35,382 nucleotides of DNA from Minisyncoccota bacterium (GTDB lineage: Bacteria; Patescibacteriota; Minisyncoccia; Phycocordibacterales; UBA2100): the NCBI GenBank assembly GCA_041675105.1, contig JBAYUL010000001.1:1-35382 (forward strand), given 5' to 3'. The position numbers and the translations under genes are program-made. The notes beneath the pieces were generated by a model, which searched no databases, was not told the origin of the DNA, and saw only the letters and a list, made by a program, of their open reading frames with translations. How positions within the stretch are numbered: the stretch's first letter is position 1; every line of letters starts with the position of its first letter. Below, in pieces: positions 31,669 to 35,382 of the stretch.

Positions 31669-32396
31669 ACAGCACTACCGTAACGCGGCACCCCCGCGTT
31701 CTCGATCTCAATTGTAATGTCCTCGAAGAGTTTCTCCTGAGTTATGCTTGCCGCACCCGATCGTACGAGTTCAAGCATAGCAAGAAAGTACACGATGACT
31801 TCGTGTCGATCCTTACTTTTCGTTAACTCGCTGAATTTCGCGCGGAATGCGGTCTTCAGACGCTCCCGCAAGTGAACGATAACCTCTTCAAGCGCAATGA
31901 CTGGTGCGACGGCGGCCTTTGCGAGCTCTTCAGGCTTCGGCAGCATGTTCAGGAGTCGCATCGCTGCCTGATAGATGGTGCTGGAAGCTGCTTCAGCCGG
32001 ACTGAACACCGCAGGACGCATCGGCGCGCGATGGGCGAAAAGTATGGGATGAGTTCCCCACTCCTTACGCAACAGCTTTGCGGCCTTTCGAATGACCGCG
32101 TAACGCGCGAGTCGCTTCTCCAATTCGGCGACCGATTCCTGTTCGCTTTCGGAAAGTTCCAGCATCGGAAGTAATGTTCGCGACTTAATGAGAAGCAGCG
32201 TTGATGCAACGAGAATGAACTGAGCGGTCTCGCCAAGCGGCAGTTGGGGCAGTTTTTCGACGTACGAGAGGTATGCGTCTGCGACCTCCGAAAGAGAAAC
32301 GCTCGAGATCGACATCCGGCGCTCTTCTATGAGATTCAGAAGCGTTTCAAGAGGGCCCTCGAACGCCGGGGTCTGCAGGCTAAATCGGTTGCTCAT
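31665..32396 (-). CDS. scpA: Segregation and condensation protein A
   Basis: 'FEGPLETLLNLIEERRMSISSVSLSEVADAYLSYV' is the canonical ScpA N-terminus. Start ATG 32396 overlaps the aspS stop (ATGA). The ORF-track extension to 32600 lies inside aspS. Confidence 0.85.
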   Translation of the reverse strand: MSNRFSLQTPAFEGPLETLLNLIEERRMSISSVSLSEVADAYLSYVEKLPQLPLGETAQFILVASTLLLIKSRTLLPMLELSESEQESVAELEKRLARYAVIRKAAKLLRKEWGTHPILFAHRAPMRPAVFSPAEAASSTIYQAAMRLLNMLPKPEELAKAAVAPVIALEEVIVHLRERLKTAFRAKFSELTKSKDRHEVIVYFLAMLELVRSGAASITQEKLFEDITIEIENAGVPRYGSAV

Positions 32397-33751
32397 GATG
32401 ACGAGTCCTGTTCGCCCTCTGAAAGAAGGCCGTCGATGCGATGCATATCGCGCGGGAACATCGTTGCTTCGCGGATATTCCTGAGCGCAAGGATCTGCAT
32501 GGTCATACGCTCTGCGCCGAGTGCGAAACCTCCTTCGGGAGGCGCCCCATAACGGAACGCTTCGAGGAACATCTCGATCTTTTTTGGGTCCATTCCCCAC
32601 TTCTCGACGTGGTCCATCAATTGCGCGTAATCATTGATGCGTCGGCCACCAGAGAGCCACTCAACGCCGCGGCAGAGGAGATCCATGCCCTCGTTAAAGT
32701 CCGGATCCTTGGGATTGGGATACACGTAAAAGGGCTTCTCGCGCGTCGGGTACCCGTATACATACACGAAATCAGATCCGGTCTCTGTTTTGATGATCTC
32801 GCAAAGTGTACGCTCGTCCTCGGGATTAAGGTCCTTGTCGCCGCGCGAATCGCGACCCGTCTTTTCAAAGATCATGTTCTGCGCTTCTGTAAGTGAGAGC
32901 GTTGGCGTCGAGTCGATCATCGTGGGAAGCGTCGCCCCGAGAAGCTGGAGCTCTTTTGCACAGCGCATCCCGACCTGGTCGAGAATAAATCGCACGGTGC
33001 GCTCCGACATGTCGCGCACGTCTCGCCACGAGTCGATAAATGCCATCTCCGCATCGAGCGATACTATCTCGGTGAGATGGCGCGTTGTTGAGCTGGGTTC
33101 CGCGCGAAATACCTTATTTACCGAAAAGACGCGCTCGAAGGCCGTCATGACAATTTGCTTATAGAGCTGCGGAGATTGGCTGAGGTACGCTTTCTTGTCA
33201 AAATATTGGATCTGGAATACTTCGGCGCCGCCCTCCGCGGTCGCAGGAGCTATCGAGGGAGCCTGGAACTCAAAGAAACGCTCGCTCTTCATAAATTCCC
33301 TGAATGAGTCGATGATGATGGCTTGCACCTTGAATATCGCCTGGAAACGCGGGTGGCGCAGCGTGAGGGCACGGTGATCGAGCTCCGTGGCAAGATCAAG
33401 ATTGAAACCCGTTTCCGACATGTCAAAAGGCAATGGCTCGGCCTTGGCGAGCACGATAAGTCCTGTGACCTCAAGTTCTATATCGCCATTCTGCATCTTG
33501 GGGTTGCGATTCTTTTCGGGGCGTTGATTCACAACACCTTCCACGGAGACCACATACTCGATGCGCACATCCTTTGCGGTCTCGATAGCCGCGCTCTTGG
33601 GGAGTACGACACCTTGTACCGCTCCTGTCATGTCTCGGAAATCAAAAAATACCATTTTGCCCTGATCGCGTCGCACGTTCACCCATCCCTTGATGGTGAC
33701 GGTCTCACCGACCTTATTCGACAAGTGCTCTATGTACGTTCGTTCAGACAT
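32393..33751 (-). CDS. aspS: Aspartyl-tRNA synthetase, short archaeal/type-2-like form (possibly non-discriminating)
   Basis: Class IIb: an OB-fold N-terminus, motif 2 'FRAEPSSTTRHLTE', motif 3 'GGFALGAERMTM', and C-terminal 'FPRDMHRI' typical of AspRS rather than AsnRS. 452 aa. Confidence 0.75.
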   Translation of the reverse strand: MSERTYIEHLSNKVGETVTIKGWVNVRRDQGKMVFFDFRDMTGAVQGVVLPKSAAIETAKDVRIEYVVSVEGVVNQRPEKNRNPKMQNGDIELEVTGLIVLAKAEPLPFDMSETGFNLDLATELDHRALTLRHPRFQAIFKVQAIIIDSFREFMKSERFFEFQAPSIAPATAEGGAEVFQIQYFDKKAYLSQSPQLYKQIVMTAFERVFSVNKVFRAEPSSTTRHLTEIVSLDAEMAFIDSWRDVRDMSERTVRFILDQVGMRCAKELQLLGATLPTMIDSTPTLSLTEAQNMIFEKTGRDSRGDKDLNPEDERTLCEIIKTETGSDFVYVYGYPTREKPFYVYPNPKDPDFNEGMDLLCRGVEWLSGGRRINDYAQLMDHVEKWGMDPKKIEMFLEAFRYGAPPEGGFALGAERMTMQILALRNIREATMFPRDMHRIDGLLSEGEQDSSS

Positions 33752-33757
33752 AACTAG

Positions 33758-34693
33758 CTATATGGTTACTCCGATCTTTGCTCGGACATCCGCCATCTTT
33801 GCTTGTGCCCGCGTGCGTGCGCGTGCGGCGCCCTCTTTGAGCACAACGACCACGTCTTCATCGGATATGGAATCTCGCACTGCACGCATCGGGGCTACGA
33901 CCGCCTCGATATCCTCGATCAGAGATTCTTTGAGCGCCTTGTAATTTCCCTTGTTGGCCTCGTAGAGAACAGCGAGATCGGCTTCGGTTCGGAACGAGCG
34001 ATGGATGGCGTACACGTTCTCGGGCCGTCCCCCAGAAGAATCCGTGACTATCCCCATCACGGCCTTCGCGATCTCGTCTTTCGTACCGAATAGCGGGATA
34101 GTGTTGCCATAGCTTTTGCTCATCTTCTTTCCGTCGGTTCCGGGCACCGTCGCTATCGCGTCGAGAATGCGCTCTTTCGGTTCTTTGAAGGTCTCTCCGA
34201 ACGAGTTGTTGAACTTGACGGCAGCTTCGCGCGCGTACTCCACGTGTTGTCGCTGATCCGCTCCAACGGGCACTACATCGGTATCGTAGAGAAGTATGTC
34301 AGCGGCCATGAGCATCGGGTACGCAAAGAGCCCTGCGTTCGCTTCGAGACCCTTCGCCACCTTGTCTTTATATGCGTGTGCTTGTTGCAGGAAAGGAACG
34401 GTGACCAGGCACTGGAATATCCATCCGAGCTCCGTGTGTTCCTGAACGTCCGATTGCTTGAATATGATCGACTGCTTCGGGTTGATACCGGCAGCAAGAT
34501 AATCCTTCGTGACCCCTATGATATTGGAACGAAGCTCGCTCGCGCTCTTGAGCGACGTGAGCGCATGGAAGTCGGCCACCATGAGCATGCTGTCGTACTC
34601 GCCCGACAGCTCCACGAATGGGCGCAGTGCACCAATGTAGTTGCCGATGTGCAGTGAGCCCGAAGGTTGAAGTCCGGTAAACAATTTGGCCAT
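33758..34693 (-). CDS. trpS: Tryptophanyl-tRNA synthetase
   Basis: 'LFTGLQPSGSLHIGNYIGAL' (HIGH), 'KMSKS' in 'GKKMSKSYGN', ~311 aa. Confidence 0.95.
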   Translation of the reverse strand: MAKLFTGLQPSGSLHIGNYIGALRPFVELSGEYDSMLMVADFHALTSLKSASELRSNIIGVTKDYLAAGINPKQSIIFKQSDVQEHTELGWIFQCLVTVPFLQQAHAYKDKVAKGLEANAGLFAYPMLMAADILLYDTDVVPVGADQRQHVEYAREAAVKFNNSFGETFKEPKERILDAIATVPGTDGKKMSKSYGNTIPLFGTKDEIAKAVMGIVTDSSGGRPENVYAIHRSFRTEADLAVLYEANKGNYKALKESLIEDIEAVVAPMRAVRDSISDEDVVVVLKEGAARARTRAQAKMADVRAKIGVTI

Positions 34694-34702
34694 AATTCAA
34701 TG

Positions 34703-34708
34703 ATTGTA
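34703..34708 (-). promoter_or_regulatory. -10 box TACAAT, 9 nt upstream of trpS ATG (probable operon promoter)
   Basis: Minus strand: gcTACAATcattgaattATG, immediately after the upstream terminator. Confidence 0.45.
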
Positions 34709-34710
34709 GC

Positions 34711-34747
34711 AAAAAAAATGCCCCCCGCGAGCACGTGGCCGCGGGGG
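34711..34747 (-). terminator. Rho-independent terminator
   Basis: 8-bp GC stem CCCCCGCG/CGCGGGGG (34722-34729/34740-34747). On the minus strand it is followed by GCATTTTTTTTG. Confidence 0.8.
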
Positions 34748-34770
34748 TGGTAGAACTTTGAGTTGCGTGG

Positions 34771-35373
34771 CTATGCAGCCCTGAGACGCACCTTTCTTGC
34801 CGCGCTGTAATACTTTGCGTACCCCTTCCACATCAAGATGCCGTAAGCGTCCAGCAGGTTGTAGACCTTCTCTTGAACGGCGAGCAGCCGGTTGTGCTCG
34901 ATTCTCCAGTCTGCTCCGCGTTTCTGCTTGGGCCACTCCTGCATCTCCAGTATCCGGGCGGCTATTGGAACAAGTGCATCCCTTCCAGCATCTTTCAATG
35001 CTTCGACGCTTGTGCCGGTACGCATTACGTCGTGGCCAAGAGCATGACACAGCGTTTCGTAGTGCCCGGGGAAGCTGTGCTTGTTATCCACTTTGTCGAA
35101 TGCATTATCGCCTAAGCGAATCTCCAGATACAGCCATAGTGCATACGTCGACAACAGGAGCGCCATGAGGGTCACGCAGAGAACGGCGAAGATCGCGCCG
35201 TCACTCCCGGGTCGGAGAACGACTGTCCCAATCATGACAAGAATTGCCGCGACAAGATCAGCAGGGATCAGCAACTTAAATGCGAACCGCGGTAAGTATC
35301 TTTCCCGGTACCGCTTTCTCGTTGATGCAATTGGGTCGTCCCCTTTCCGGAACACCCAGTTGTCGATCAGCAC
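34771..35373 (-). CDS. Hypothetical membrane protein (possibly 5'-partial)
   Basis: Two hydrophobic helices ('LIPADLVAAILVMIGTVVL', 'AIFAVLCVTLMALLLSTYALWLYL'). The frame stays open upstream of the GTG at 35373 to the window edge. Confidence 0.55.
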   Translation of the reverse strand: MLIDNWVFRKGDDPIASTRKRYRERYLPRFAFKLLIPADLVAAILVMIGTVVLRPGSDGAIFAVLCVTLMALLLSTYALWLYLEIRLGDNAFDKVDNKHSFPGHYETLCHALGHDVMRTGTSVEALKDAGRDALVPIAARILEMQEWPKQKRGADWRIEHNRLLAVQEKVYNLLDAYGILMWKGYAKYYSAARKVRLRAA

Positions 35374-35382
35374 TTGTGGTAC

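Noticed and set aside
25399-32396. An alternative genetic code (UGA recoded as Gly, as in Gracilibacteria/Absconditabacteria).
   Set aside because: TGA terminates several well-aligned genes exactly at their expected C-termini (aspS, murG, gltX ATGA overlaps). Reading through would fuse unrelated proteins.
1-35382. CRISPR arrays, rRNA genes and canonical tRNA genes.
   Set aside because: No regularly spaced direct repeats and no rRNA-like or cloverleaf-compatible segments were seen in any intergenic region. Intergenic space is very limited.

Overview
The window reads as a compact, gene-dense segment of a small genome. It looks Parcubacteria/CPR-like; this is an inference from a DUF5671-type membrane protein, the gene content and the tight operons, not from any search. 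The standard code applies, since TGA is used as a stop in ATGA overlaps. I found no rRNA, tRNA or CRISPR array.

Housekeeping content:
- Five aminoacyl-tRNA synthetases: leuS, cysS, gltX, aspS, trpS.
- ychF, rplI and rpmA.
- One long minus-strand operon: trpS-aspS-scpA-scpB-dac-mraY-ftsW-murG-gltX-M23 peptidase.
- A CPA2 antiporter, an S41 protease, an exonuclease, a GNAT and a Nudix gene.

Most notable observations:
1. A roughly 4.8-kb, visibly AT-richer element (18336-23142) is bounded by a perfect 15-bp direct repeat. The left copy lies in a dif-like 11-6-11 inverted-repeat core site. The element carries a phiX174-A-type HUH rolling-circle Rep, a candidate origin hairpin and only the N-terminal (SAM-like) part of a tyrosine recombinase. 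It also carries a three-gene cargo of unknown function. It looks like an IMEX-style element that uses a host recombinase.
2. The LeuRS is about 1127 aa. It contains two complete foreign hydrolase domains nested at the two hinges of the CP1 editing domain: a YdeN/RBBP9-type alpha/beta serine hydrolase and a Nudix domain.
3. A GC-rich, Omp25/Omp31-like outer-membrane beta-barrel gene sits in an otherwise monoderm-type context.
4. At least 12 genes have a TAnnnT box 6-9 nt upstream of the ATG, a leaderless-type arrangement.

All family assignments come from motif recognition by eye. GC statements are visual. Nothing was computed or searched.
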